64,000 nucleotides of DNA from Vicugna vicugna (GCA_013265495.1 MU058065.1:746001-810000), one strand, 5' to 3'. Counted from the first letter of the stretch, positions 22,845-36,289 are shown. Numbers and translations: made by a program. The notes: a model not told the origin generated them from the sequence alone.

Positions 22845-23311
22845 TGTGAACGAAAATACTGCAAGCCATATCAGTAAACAAAGAATGCTGAAACCAAGTC
22901 ATCAGCAGCTGTTGCCACTCCCCAGTGAAGAAAGGCCTGCAGCCGCTCACAATGGTGCACCCTGAGGGGACTCAGAATAAGAAAGGACAGGATACCAGCC
23001 CTAGATAGCTAGGAGCTTGTCAAAGGAGTGAATTCAATGAGCCCAAATGTTTGCTTCCTCCTGTACATAGAAAAGCACTAAATTCTTTAACTTGAGATGC
23101 CTGCTTTTCTTTAGCTAACAACCTAATCTTTTATTGTTCCGACTACCTGGTCTTTGTTGTAAAGCTCCTATATAGTCTAGCTCCTCCCCTACCTCTTCGG
23201 AGCAGTCCCTCAGGGCAATCTGAGAGGCTATCATGCTGGGCTGGAAGGAGTTCGAGTCCTCAGAAATGTCCGCCAAATAAAACTTAACTCTCAACTTTTA
23301 GGCAGTCGACA
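22845..23311 (+). mobile_element. ERV1-type solo LTR, copy B (same family as copy A), with perfect GTGG TSD
   Basis: TGTGAACG...GTCGACA termini, AATAAA at 23276-23281, flanked by GTGG (22841-22844 and 23312-23315). Confidence 0.9.
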
Positions 23312-24289
23312 GTGGTGAGACCAGAAACACACATGATACATTGCTACCATTTTGGAACACATAGAAATGACAGTTTTTAGAGACAGAAGGAACAAAAAAT
23401 ATGATCTAGTCCACTGACCCATCTTCTAGACTAGGAAGTCCCCCAAACCAAGTCATTTGTAAAAGTCTGTGCAGGCAGTTTAGTGAGAGAAGCACTTCCG
23501 GAATGGCACGGGCTGGCTGCCCAGTCAATGTGGATTCTATGATTCCATATTTCACATCAACACCAAAGAGTCTCCATGTTGTAAATATTTGTAAATAATT
23601 TGCCTTCATTATAATGCATTAACAATTCAAGAAATCGATCATATCAGAATCAATCATCAGATAATCCAAATATAAATGGTTGGTAATTATTCGGGCCTTA
23701 ACATTTTAAGATGTTGTGTCTTCAAATTGGCAAAATATCAGTAATATAAAAGCCTTAGCATATTTGAATTCAGTGACAGCATTACCAGTGTCTTTTGCAT
23801 ATCAAGTTCTCAATAGGTAATTATAAAGGAATAATAAAAATGTCAACATTATCTGAGTGCCCTAACGTCAAATAATATAAGGTGAAATTAATATATCTCA
23901 ATAAAATTAAATTTAGATCCTTTATCCTGTTGATATTTTGTAAGTGTTCTAAATTTTAAAATTATTCAAAGTATATTTCAGAGAGCATAAAATGGAATAT
24001 CATAATAGTTTCAAATGCACTAAATATTTTACTTTTCTTTGAAATATTTTCTGAATCTTCATATTTATTCAATGTATCCATATCTTTTAGCTCCACCTAG
24101 ATTGCTGGCCTTTTGACCAAAGCCTTATTTTGCATTTCATTACCTTGCTCAATGCATGGCCAAAAATGATACAGCCTAGCTATTGTGAAATTTGCAAAGA
24201 GCTTTATGTCGCTATGGTTATATTATAACTAACATGCTATGGCTTGAAAAATTTAATCCTCCTCCCACCATTTTAACAGAGTAACTTAA

Positions 24290-24900
24290 TGTATATTTGG
24301 ATGTCTTTGTTTGCTGGCACACAGGTGACAGCTTCTGGCAAAGGGGTCTCTCTGGGGGGTCCAATGATCCATAATGACTCTGTAGCATGAAATCAGAAAT
24401 GTTGTTTACAAGGACATCATTCTCTCCAGAGGTGATATTGCCTGTGAAGGAAAATAATCCTGACCCCTGGCCAGGCTTTGTTTACTTCGTACAAAGAAAC
24501 CACAGCCCAGAGCTTTTACAATTCAGAAGGCTGAGGATGTAAGTACCTAATGGAAGTTATTTGCTTTCACATCGCATCACACCCACTTTTGCTTTAAGCT
24601 ACTCTGAAAATTCTTTAGTTATAACCCGATGCTAAAACAGGAGGGGGCATATTTCACTGGAAGAGAGCTTTAAAAATCAACAAATTAATTTGCTTTCCCC
24701 TTCCAGCTGTGCAATTCAGCTCCTCCCCACCACCGCCCTCCAACCCCCACCTCCAGCCCTGACACATCCAGCACTGAGCTGTAATTAAGTTCATGCTTTT
24801 ATAATAAAAGACATCTTTTCCTGGTGCTTCCCCAGCTGCAAATTCTGACCCAGATTCCCATTATGAATCATGACTGTCACATGTGCTTGAAATAGGTTCC
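24290..24900. promoter_or_regulatory. Candidate conserved non-coding element / enhancer
   Basis: Non-repetitive block with TGTTTAC (forkhead-type) twice, CAAATTAATTTG palindrome, GTAATTAA, TTTTATAATAAAA, CAGCTG E-boxes and CTGTCACATG. Function is inferred only. Confidence 0.3.
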
Positions 24901-25259
24901 ATTTTCCTCTGCCCTCCCCTAGCTGCTGGGGCTTCTCACCCCTGGATTTTGCTCCAACCTTACTGCAGAACTAGAGATTGGATTTAACTTATATCAGCTC
25001 TTCTTTGAAATCCTTCTTTTTTTTTGTTTACACAAGGGGACACCATCCAAGCATCCAGTAATGATAGCTGGGGAAAAAGCCACTCTCAATGTTGTTGAAT
25101 AAAAGTAAGGTTGGCTACTGAGGTTAGTTGGGTGCAGAATTAGTAAAACATTTTGAAAGTGAAGGCACACACCTCTGATAAGAAATAAGAGCTCAGAAGC
25201 AGCAGCTAAGTTTGGAGAAGACCTTCATTTGTGAATTGTGCCTGGTTCCTTTTCCAATC

Positions 25260-26205
25260 TGTATCTCTCTTTTGAAGATACAGAGACTTCGACTCGTCCT
25301 CAGTATGTTCCCGTTTCTCTCCATCTCCACTAGAATTATACTCTAGTTCAAGTCACCATCATCCTTCACTAGAAGAGCCTTCTAACTTGCTGCCACGCTG
25401 CCATTCCTGTCTTTCTCTGATCCGTTATTCACAGTCAAGGAGCTCTTCGAAACATGCAAATCAAATTTCACCATTCTATTCCTAAGATTCTCTACTGGCT
25501 TCTCATAATAGCCTGTGGGGTCTGACGATTTGTAGGAGGACTACTAAATCTTCATCAAAAAGTTGGTTTTCCATTTTCCCTGGCACATGGTTTTGCTATG
25601 TTTCCTAGTCTCTCTTGTCGTTTTGAGGTGAGAGGCTGGGGGAAACATACAGCTGAGTATGAGCCAATGGGATATCAGCAGAAGTGATGCATGTGGAACC
25701 CTGAATAGGAGGTAAAAACCTCCAGTGTAGCACGTCCCAAGTTCTTTTCCTTCTATGAGATCATCCAGTGCAAGCTTGGAAGGCAAGTGTTGAATAAGTA
25801 GTTGTCACCAGCCTATGTCTCTGAATGACTCAATGGGGTCTTTTCTCTGAACTGGAACCCCATTGGATTAGCATGCATATATGAACCACTAAAATCTGTG
25901 CATTTACTTGTCACTTTCCTAAGTAATACAACTCTCTATGTAATATAGTCAGCCAGTCAATCACTTAACCACACCATCATCATCTTCTATTTCTCTGCAT
26001 AGCACTCATCACTCTGATGTATCCTCTTTATTTAAAATATCAAAATAGCTGTTTGTTTATTTTTTTGCCCCCTTTCCTGACTAAAATGTGAGCTCTGTGA
26101 CGACAGGGCCTTGTCTGATTATTCTCAGATATGTCAGAACCCAGAAAGCAAGGACACTGCTTGATACAAAGTAGTCTTTACTGAATTTTTACTGAATGAC
26201 TGAAT
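25260..26205 (+). mobile_element. L2 3' region interrupted by a probable MaLR LTR relic (~25520-25930)
   Basis: CTAGTTCAAGTCACCATCATC...AAACATGCAAATCAAAT...; 3' end GACTAAAATGTGAGCTCTGTGACGACAGGGCC...TGAATGACTGAAT. Confidence 0.6.
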
Positions 26206-26669
26206 CTTACAGAGTTTTTATAGAAAAAATATTTTGATGTAGATAATAGCCCTAAATATTTAGAAAATCAATTCTCTCCTTACTGTTTTTATATTTAAAA
26301 AAAGACATGACTTTTTTTTATAAGTAAAAGCTCTCATTAGGAGATCTTTACACATGAAACCATATTTTAAACTTTACCTTTTTTTGCCATGTAGGAAACA
26401 CTAAAAGGTTTTTTGATGCACACAAAGGATTCAACAGAAGTGAGATGGATCAACAGAAATGATGGATCATTTAAATAAATAATCAAGAGATTTAATTCCA
26501 ATTAAGATCAAGTGTCAGGTCTGGCATGCTCTAGTCTATCCTACAGCTTCTGTTGAGCAGCACAGCCCCAGCTCTTACTCATATTGTTCCAGTTCTACTG
26601 ATTCATCATCAACCTTTTCTGGCCTAGGCATGTAACAGCTTCCCAGCACTGCAGGTGCACCAACTCTGC

Positions 26670-27355
26670 TTAGCATCTATCACCGTGCAAAGAGATTACC
26701 ATTTTTACTGATTACCTTTCCCATGCTGCACATTTCATCCCATGACTCATTTATTTTGTGACTTGAAGTTTGTACCTCTTAATCTCCCTCACTGATTTAA
26801 CTCATCCTCCCATCCCTCTCTGGCCTCTGGCAACCACCTGTTTATTCTCTGTGCCTATGGATCAGTTTCTGTTTAGTTATGTTTTTCATTTATTTTAGAT
26901 TTCACATTCATAAGGTATTTGTCTTTCTCTGTTTTATTTCACTTAATAGAATACCTTCCAGGGCCATCCATTTTGTCGTAAATGGCAAGATTTCATTCTT
27001 TTTACGGATGAGCAATATTCTATTTGTGTATATTATAAATAATTCTTGTGTATGTATATATATATATAGAGAGAGAGAGACAGACAGATATATAGATCTG
27101 TATTCATTTATGGATGGGCACTTACATTGCTTCTATATCTTAGCTATTGTGAGTAATGCTGCAATGAACATAGGGGCGCATATATCTTTTCAAATTAATG
27201 TTTTTGTTTTCTTTGGGAAATACCCCAAAATAGAATTGCTGGATCCTATGGTAGTTCCATTTTTAATTTTTGGATGAACCTCCATACTGTTTTCCACAGT
27301 GTCTGCACCAGTTTACATTCCCACCAATAGTACAAGAAGACTCCCTTTACTCCCT
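26670..27355 (-). mobile_element. L1 3' end (L1MA-like)
   Basis: CTTGAAGTTTGTACCTCTT...CTGGCAACCAC...AATGGCAAGATTTCATTCTT...AATGCTGCAATGAACATAGGG...TTTACATTCCCACCAA. Confidence 0.85.
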
Positions 27356-27459
27356 GAAATGTATTTTTAAAATTGAAATATATTTCAAATGCCATAACAT
27401 TTACTGTTTTAAAATATAAAATTCAGTGAAACTACTCATGAATATGTACATGGTCAACT

Positions 27460-29770
27460 TCTACCAACTTACTGAATAATTTTTGGTGAATTTCTTAGGA
27501 TTTTCTATATGTAAGATCATGTCATCTTCAAACAGAGATAATTTTACTTCTTTTTTATTCAGTCTGGCTGCCTTTTATTTCTTTTTTTACTCTAAGACAA
27601 GTCTCTAACCCTGGCTAAATCTTCCAGCATAATGTTGGATAGAAGTGGTGAGAACGGCCATTTATGTCTTGTTCTATATATTTAAGGAAAAAGCTTTCAA
27701 TAATGAATTACTAGGTAGAGTGTTAGCTGTGGATTATTCAGATGGACTTTATCAGGTTGAGAGCTTTCCCTTCTAGTCCTAGTTTGTCGAGTGTTTTTAT
27801 CACGAAAGGGTATTAAATTTTGCCAATATTTTTTGTGCATCTATGATTATATGGGTCTTTCCTTTATCCTATTAAAATGGTGTATTACATATGTTGATTT
27901 TCAAATGTTGAACCAAACATGCATAACTGGAATAAATACCATTTATGCATGCTATATAATCCTTTTTATATCTTCTTGCTGGTTTAGTTTGCCAATATTT
28001 TGTTGAGGGTTTTGTTGTTGCTGTTTTGAATTTATATTCAAAGGGAATATTTGTCTGCAGCTTTCTTTTCTCCTGATATGTTTGTTTGATTTTGCTATCA
28101 GTGTACTACTGGCCTCACAGAATGAGCTAATAGATTTTTCCGTTCTATTTTTTGGAAGAGTTTGTGAAGAAATCACATGGATTCTCCTTTGGACATCTGA
28201 TACAACACAACAGCAAGGCAGCAATGCCAATCTGGTTGTGGCTGTTTCTTTGAGGGAAGTTTATGATTAATATTTTTTAAGTCAAATTTTACTTCATGTA
28301 TTTTGAGGTTCTGTTGTTATGGACACATGTTTATAATCATTATATCTCCTTGGTCAATTGGCTTTTTATCATTATGAATTGTCCTTCTTTCCCTCTGATG
28401 ACAATTTGTACCATAGAATCTATTTAGTATAACATTAATGTACCAGCTTCAGCTTCCTTTTAGTTACCATTTACATGCTATATCTTTCCATTCTTCTACT
28501 TTCAACCTATTTGTGTATTTTGACCTAAAGTGTTTCTCTTATACACAGCATATGGTTGTATCCTGTTTTTTTTCAATTTATTCTTCCAACCTCTGATGAT
28601 TAAAGAGTTTAATCCATTTACATATAATATAATTACTAAGAAGGTATGATTTACACTTCACATTTTGTTGTTTTCTACATATCTTTGGTATTTTTTGTCC
28701 TTCAGTTCCTCTGTTACTGCCTTATTTTGTGTTAAATACATATTTTCTAGTGTACCATTATAATTCTCCTGTACTTCTTTTACTATATCTTTTTGAATTA
28801 TTAGACATTGCCCTGGAGATTGCCATTAACATCTGAATTAATACCAACCTAATTTCAAGAGTATACAAAAATTTTGGTCTTACATAACTTCATCCCCCTC
28901 CTTTGTGCTATAATCATCACAAATTACACCGTTACACATTTTGTGTCCATTCACTTAGATTTATAGTTATTGTGCTATGCAATTGTGATTTAAATCAGAA
29001 AGGGAAATATAAGGAAATACAGATAAAAACTCTTACACTGCCTTTTATATTTATGTAGTTATATTTACCAGTACTTCTACTTTTTTTTAATGTGGACTTG
29101 TGTGACTGTCCAGTGTCCTTTTATTTGAGCCTCAAGGTCAGTCAGGGACCTCTCATGCCTTTTTTGAGCTCACACACAGCTGCATACCGCCTCTGCATGT
29201 GCATTGCCTTCTAGGTTTTCAGGAATATGTTGAAACTTTCCAAATACCGTATGGGCACATCATTCTGCAGCTTTTTATGTTAAGCTTTTTGGCTAATCTA
29301 TTATTTGCCCCAATTTTCATCCATTGCCTCAGATAGCTATAATTTTAAAGCATTAGACAAATGTGTCCTTCCTCCAGTCATTTAGAGCTGGGTGAGTTCA
29401 AGTGAATTTGAAGAAAAACAAGCTTTTGAGTGAAGTTTTCCAGGCAACCACCAGATAGGTCATACAATGACAACTGTTTGGAAATGAGAGCCATTCTCTC
29501 TTGAATTCGAGTAATATGGACTGTTAGTTTTCAAGATTATTGCTGAACTGGGGAGATGGGGATGAGACTAAAATAAGTTAAAATGCCACAAAGCTTGCTA
29601 TTCTTACTAGATTCAGCAGTTTCTCCACTGGTTGCTGCAAGCTTTTGGTTAATTCTCAAAATTCTGAAAAAAAAATTGGTTCTGGCAATTTTGGGCCAGT
29701 TTTTGTTGTTTTTGTTGCATTTATTGAGGAGGTGAGATTTTGGAGGTCCTTACCTCTCTGTTTCCACTAA
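27460..29770 (-). mobile_element. Old L1 internal and 5' fragments
   Basis: Minus ORF 27952-28230 contains L1 ORF2-like SFCEASSTLIAK...KESCRQIFPLNINSK...QQNIGKLNQQ. Confidence 0.75.
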
Positions 29771-31029
29771 TATCTGATGGTATCCTATGTTTTATGGCCC
29801 ATAATCATATTGAATTGACTATAAGCATTACTTTAATAACTTAAGAAATCATCATTGTGAAAAAGATAGGGACTTACATTATATGTATAAAGCTAGCTGC
29901 CCTGAATTCTTGTATTTGCTCAAAAGTTAGGTACACCCCAGCTTCTGATAGCTCAAGTTCAGTCTATCTGCAACCAATATTTTTGACATAAATATTGAAA
30001 GCTATATAGTATGGCTTCCTAGTTTAGGAATTATAATATAAATTAGGTTCAATACTTGGAAATATATTGGAAGTATCAAAAGGATGCTACTATAGGAAAG
30101 CTTTAACTGCAAGTGAGTTCGGCCTCAAAGCCAGCAATACGGCAATGACTGAAAAGCTCTAGGATTTTCATCACAATTAAGCAGTTTTTTCTGTGTACTT
30201 TAAACCAAACACACACTGCCCACGAAGCCTCACAATAGAATAGAAACTACTGCTAATACCTTATTTAGGGACAAAATAAGTTTAGAAATAACTGTGGAAT
30301 ATGAGGAATATAAGCCTAAAATCACAGACAACTTTTACTTGTCTCCACCTGAGTTCTTAATTTTGTTACTTTATTGGTAGATTGTATCTTTCAACAACTT
30401 CTCATTTCTCTCTGGAGCGGAGTATTCTGAGCAGCTCCCACAAAGCAAATGGCTTGCTCTGAGTGGGTATAACACAAGCTGAGCTCCTAAAGAGGAGTTA
30501 GCTTGGATGAGCTTGAATATGTGAACACAAACTGGAATTAATAGGCCTGAAAGCAAGGGCGATATGACATCAATTTCTCCTTCAACTCCATTGTCCTGGG
30601 ATTCCATAAGACGTCACAGTCTTTGGATAAGGCACTGTGTGCATTTCTTCTCTATCTAAATATCCACTCGAAAAACAATATATTCTTTACCTGATGATAA
30701 AGGAAAACAGTAGCAGGGATCAAAAGGGAAGTAGAGATTTGCAATTTTCCAATGATGTTTCTTTCAAAAATCAGAACATACGCCTCACGGGAATTCAGAG
30801 CCACTTTGCTACTGAACGGTCTAGTACCTTGTGACAGTTTTCCTTCCAACGCCACTAAAGGTGAAATTAATATGTCCCCTCTTTGTCTGTCATAGTCTGT
30901 GATAACACTTCTGCTGCCGATATATTTTAACATTGTATTATAGTGGAAAACACCTCTGTCTCCTCGGGTAAGTGTTAAATTCCTAAAGAGTGGGGATAAA
31001 CTCATTTACCTTATTCCCGAGTGGATTTT

Positions 31030-32050
31030 TATAAATGCTATGGAAAATAGAAGAGTTTGGTGGGGAAAAAAGAGTGCTACAGGTATTAGGTAAGACTATG
31101 CTGTAGAGAAAGATCCTTCTAAGGAGAACGCATTGAGTTTGATCCCTAAAGCATAAGAATAAGGTGGGCAGGTAAAGCAAAGTAACAGAGTAGGGCCTGG
31201 GAGAGGAATCCCAAGTTGAGGAAACAAGACTATAGAGGAGACTTAAGTCGAAAGGAGATCGATAAATGTTGCATGGACCTGCAAAGAAGCCAAGACGAAT
31301 GTTGCTTTGTTTGCTCACACAAGGAGTGAGAAAAGGTGGGCAAGTTCAGCAGTCCAGTCAGGCAGGACTCAGGCGCCATGATAAGAGTTTGATTCTTAAC
31401 ATTTCATCCAAAGTGCAATGAATTGCAAAGGTCTAATTTTCACTTTAAAAAAATCATTCAGGCTGTAATGTGAGAAGATATTTGAAAGGGTCACATCCTT
31501 CACAAACGAAGAAACCTGTTAGGGGACTTGGGCAGAAGCCCCCAGTATTGGGTGGGTGAGTGTTCGGACAGGGGTGGGCAATAGACTTGGAGTGAGGTGG
31601 CCAGATTTGAGATAGGCTTCACGGTTAGGGTGAGCAACACTTGTCAATCAATGAATGGGGTGACAGTTAAGAGAGATGTGTTTAAGTTGCCTCCTAGATC
31701 GTGGGCTTGGACAACTGGGAAGAGAATGGTAAAAAACACTGAGATGAAGATGCACAGGAAAAGAGCAAAAACCAGTGAAAGAGAGCACTTGTTTATTTTA
31801 GAATATGTGAAGTCAGATGTAGAGGAAATGGGAAATATTCAAATTGAGATGTCTGGAGTTTGGAAGCAAGGATTACATTTGGAAGTCATCACAATACGGA
31901 TCAATTAAAAACTATGGGGATGGGGATGTTGAAAGCGAGAACTGAAGGGGGTTCATTTGCAAGACTTGGGGCATGCTAACATTTAGAGAGTAGGTAGGGG
32001 AAAAGGCCAATGAGGTGAAAGAAACCCCAAAGGAGGATAATATAGAAGCT
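31030..32050 (-). mobile_element. L2 LINE fragment
   Basis: Antisense L2 text: GGGCTTGGACAACTGGGAAGAGAATGGT...GGAAATATTCAAATTGAGATGTC...TTTGGAAGTCATCAC...GCTAACATTTAGAGAG. Confidence 0.7.
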
Positions 32051-32067
32051 AAATAAAATTTCAAGAC

Positions 32068-32068
32068 T

Positions 32069-32115
<47 letters not shown>

Positions 32116-32125
32116 TCTATTTATT
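32068..32125 (+). repeat. (TTTA)n microsatellite
   Basis: About 14 near-perfect TTTA units. Confidence 0.95.
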
Positions 32126-33059
32126 CATAAAGTAGAACTAAGCTTTGGGTCTGGTGCCAAACTGCCTGTGTTCCTACCCCAGATTCACTTTTCACCTCTT
32201 TACACCTTAGTACCTTCCCATATTTGTTTTTTGTCGAGATTAACTTAATTAATACACCTACAGCACGTCGGTCAGTGTTGGTAAGTGTTTATTGTCATGT
32301 TTACTGTTTTTCATTCATTGAACAAAACTGATTGCTGTAGAAGTCTGGAAAGTAAGAATTGAGGCCCTAAGGTGATGTGGTATTACTGAACAAATCTGAG
32401 GAGAGAAGATTGTAGAAACAAAATAAATAGCAAAAAAAACCTCTCTTGACATTGCACTTTATATACCCTGCCGGGATGATCACTTTCTCTCAATATTAGA
32501 GAACTTCTTTTTATATTTGCTAATAGTTACCTTTAAGATAGTAAAGTCAACAGTTGATGTAAGCATTGATCTAAATGTCACTAATGCGTGGTGTGCCCCC
32601 TACGTATGTTCAGAACGTTACCTTTTTGTCCCCTCCCTGTTTCTAGGCTGGAAATATATATGTTGCTATCATTAGCTACAGTAGTAGTATTTTAACAATT
32701 TCATCGTTTTTTTTAGCATGAATTCAATTTGACATTTGTGTACGGCATTGTGAACATTTGTTGCTGTCATTTAAAACTCATTCAGAGTGACATTTTTCAG
32801 TTGCTTACCTCCATTCCTTTTATACTGAAATTTACCCATTCTGGACATTCATTTACTATCAATATTAATTTTATACATCCCTTGGCAGACTGGACACATA
32901 TTCAGTTCAATTTTTTCAGGAAGTATACCTGTGTAAAGGCAAGATTTTGTCCCCTTACTTTTTTCAATATCTTTCTATTATTTTCACACCTAGAGAGAAC
33001 CTTGGAAAATTGAAGAATTCATATGGACAGCTCCCCCTTCCAAAACTATCATCACAACC

Positions 33060-33900
33060 TGGTGTTTAATGATCTAAAGGTCCAATCTTTGCTGTTTGTA
33101 AATAATTGCTTCTAATATCTTTTCTTCTAGATAAATATCTATAGCATATTTTCTTTGTTCTAGAAATTTTTTTAAATCTCCAGAATGTTCCACTAATTGA
33201 CATTTTTTTATTAATTTTACTGATACACAGGGAAGTCTTCAAATATTCAGAAAATATTTTTGTCCATTCACAGGAAGCATTTTTCTGTTATATATTTGGT
33301 TAATGCCCCTGCATTTTTACTTTTTCTTTTATATGAAAAACAATGAACTATTTGCTTAAATTTTGTTCTCTATTCTCCATTGCTATCTTTTCCCACGTTT
33401 TTTATTTCTTTGTTATTTTTCTTTAAATTTTGAGACATACTCAAAGTCTCTCCCAAATTTCTTATTTCACTGATCATATTGTTTTATTCTTCTTACTGCC
33501 GCTAATGCACATTTTAAGTGCCCGTGTTTGTTTCCTTTTTCTGTATAGTTTTTCTTTGGAGCATGTCTCACTTTTAAAAATTTTTTAATTTGCCTCTCAT
33601 TATTTTTCATTTTTTTTGTTAAATACTTTTCTTTCATCTCATGCTTTATATGTTTAGTCTATTTTTTAAAATTTTGACAGTACAGTGCAACATTTTCTAA
33701 ATGTTCTTTGGTTTTCTAAAGAAATCATTTTCAAAATAAGTTTTTGATGTTATTGTTTGTGCTGAGTTTTACTTCTCTTAAATTGTAGAATATTTTCATA
33801 AGCTGCAGGTGTTTGTTTTGCTATACTAATTCTCAAAGGAGATTGGGCCTGCCTATGTCAGGTGTTAGTCCAAATTACTGAAAATATTTTTCTTAGTTCT
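33060..33900 (-). mobile_element. Highly diverged L1 fragment
   Basis: T-rich antisense L1-like composition; family assignment is weak. Confidence 0.4.
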
Positions 33901-34139
33901 TCATACACCCATCTAATAATTTTCGAGTCATATTTTTGATCTTTTGTTGGAAATGTGATTGACACACATAGCTCCTGACAAATTTTTGATAGTTTTAAGT
34001 ATTTTATTTACAGTGTATCTATGGACCTGAGCAAATACATTTTTTATGGCCCTGATGGGGTAGAAGTTAGCTGAGGATAATCTGAAATGAGCCATATTCA
34101 TTTTATTGCCAGAAAGAATAAATTTTTAAGATACAAGAA

Positions 34140-34256
34140 GCGTTGTGCTGGTAAGTGTTTAATAATGAGCTCTCCTGAGAGGTAAAAGAGAATCCCTGAT
34201 TTCCACGGTATAAATACTGTGGTCAGTTTCAAACTACTACTTGATATCTCTGACCA
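34140..34256. mobile_element. MER63-like (hAT) DNA transposon fragment
   Basis: GTGCTGGTAAGTGTTTTAATAATGAGCTCTCC...GATTTCCACGGTATAAATACT...TTTCAAACTAC resembles the MER63 end as recalled. Confidence 0.5.
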
Positions 34257-34806
34257 TGGTTCTTTAGACCCAGCCCCAGGCTTAACATTGAAGCATCCAA
34301 GTTAATTTAGTGCTGCTTACCTCAAGTCTCTGATGTACGGTACTCCACCCGCAACCTGCATTGTCTTGAGGAATGTCAGTCCCCAAAGGAATTATTGGCC
34401 AGTCGTGTGAGAGTGAACCAATCTTGTCTGTGACAGAAAAAAAGGTCCTTCTTAGATTACTCTCTTCACTCTAGTTGGAGAAGAACCTTTGAGTCAGAAA
34501 TAGGGGCACAGTGGAGCTAAGACACAAGGAAGCTCCCAACCCCTCTTTCCAACAATGATCTTGTAGATCTCTTTGTTCTAACTTCCTTTGAAAAGAATTA
34601 TTTCTGCTACCTGATCTATTTTTTACCTATATTTTTAGCACCTATAGTTGTTGAAACTTTACATTACGCTTTTCATTTCTAATGTGTATCAGTGTATAAT
34701 TTGGAGAAGCTAAATCAGATTTTACTGATTTTCTGCCAGAACATTTCTTGTCTAGAAACTTCTATACCTTTCTGTTCTTATTATTATATGCTCTCCAAAT
34801 ACATTT

Positions 34807-35012
34807 ATTTATTTATGTATTTATTTATTTATTTATTATTGAAGTGCAGTCAATTACAATGTGCACAATGCCCCAGTCAGGCATATACATACATATATTC
34901 GTTTTCATATTTTTTTAAATTAAAGGTTATCACAAGGTCTTGAACATAGTTCCCTGTGTTATACAAAACAAACTTCTTTTAAAATCCATTTTTATATATA
35001 GTGGCTAACACA
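34807..35012 (-). mobile_element. 5'-truncated lineage-type L1 3' end with TSD
   Basis: (TTTA)n tail then TTGAAGTGCAGTCAATTACAATGTG...ATAGTTCCCTGTGTTATACA; flanks CAAATACATTT (34796-34806) and CAAATACGTTT (35013-35023). Confidence 0.8.
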
Positions 35013-35511
35013 CAAATACGTTTTTAGAAAATGAATAGATTCATGAATAGATAAGAACATTGAGAATGCAGAATGCAGAGTCTATGTCTCTAATCTTTAG
35101 TGTTTTACTGAAGCCTCATGCAAATGTTACAATGTGGATTTAACATAAGGCTAAGGTGGACCATCTATATATACTCATCAGTAATTTCACTAAAGCTGCT
35201 GGTGGCGGAGTACTACTGTATTAAGGACTAAAGACAAACCTTTAGAGAGTATGAAGAAAAGGAAGATGAAATGGATTTATCAAAGTAGAATTCTCCTTAA
35301 AGTGCTACTTTAAAAGTGATTTATCTTCAATTTCCATACTGTGTATGTAGCATTGCTGGGTTCTTCTTTTCTACTTCCCTGGGTGTATATATACATCCCT
35401 ATATACATATATATATATGTATATATAAAAATCCAATCTCCCTATTCAGTCACTCCTTGGCGTTTTCCAACAGACTCTGCAACTGCTAAAACCTGGCCCC
35501 AGATGACTTTT

Positions 35512-35663
35512 GGAGAGGTGTCCTTAATCAGGTTTATTTATCTGTCTATCTATCCATCTATCTATCTATCTTTAATGGAAGCACTGGAAATTGAACCCAG
35601 ACCTCATGCATGCTAAGCAGGCACCAAAAGGGCACTCTACCACTGAACTATAACCTCCCCACC
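35512..35663 (-). mobile_element. tRNA-derived SINE (camelid Vic-1-like)
   Basis: Reverse complement reads GGGGAGGTTATAGTTCAGTGGTAGAG (A box)...CTTAGCATGCATGAGGTCTGGGTTCAATTTCC (B box), then a simple-repeat tail ending AAATAAACCTGATTA. TSD ATGACTTTT at 35503-35511 and 35664-35672. Confidence 0.85.
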
Positions 35664-36289
35664 ATGACTTTTTTAAAAAGCTATTCTTCATTCTCCTAAA
35701 TAATGCCTCCAATTTCTAATCTACCAAAACAATACCTTTCTAAATAAAATGATTTAACAAAATTTTGTTGGTTTTTGATGGTAAGTTGGAGTATTTTCAA
35801 GGCATTTGGTTTGGGAAAGTTGATAATGCATTTTCCATATTCTACTGATTTTTTTTTCCTATTTGTTCATTATGTAATATAACAAACATATATTAAATGA
35901 GTATTATGTACCATGTAATGTGTTAGTGATGTAGCAAAGAAACATCAAATTTGGTCTTTATCATCATGGAGCTTACATTTTTCAGAGTAGTGAAATAAAA
36001 ATCAAATATTCTTATGTTGTCTCACTCTATTTTATTTCATCATTGGTCTTAGAATTACCTGATATTTTCCAACTTCTTATGTATTGTCTCTCCCTCTCCA
36101 GTAAATATACATTCATGTAAGTGGAGACATTGTTTTCTGTATCTCCATTGTTTGGAACACAGTAAGAACTCCACAAATATTAGTTGCAAGAATGAAATTA
36201 GATAATAAATGGAATAATTACAGATTTATCTTAGTGCCTGAAGGAAGTCTCAATAAGCTGTATTGATTCCCATAGCTTTATAAGAGCTC

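Noticed and set aside
20887..23311. Provirus or composite/TIR transposon bounded by the two homologous LTRs
   Set aside because: The LTRs are inverted, have different flanking 4-mers, and enclose a MIR, another LTR and unique DNA with no gag/pol or transposase sequence.
30371..31318. Cluster of 78-117 aa minus-strand ORFs
   Set aside because: No recognisable domains, partial overlap with L2 sequence, and lengths within the chance range.
35570..35660. tRNA gene
   Set aside because: It has A/B boxes, but also an internal insertion, a simple-repeat tail and a TSD, which mark it as a SINE.
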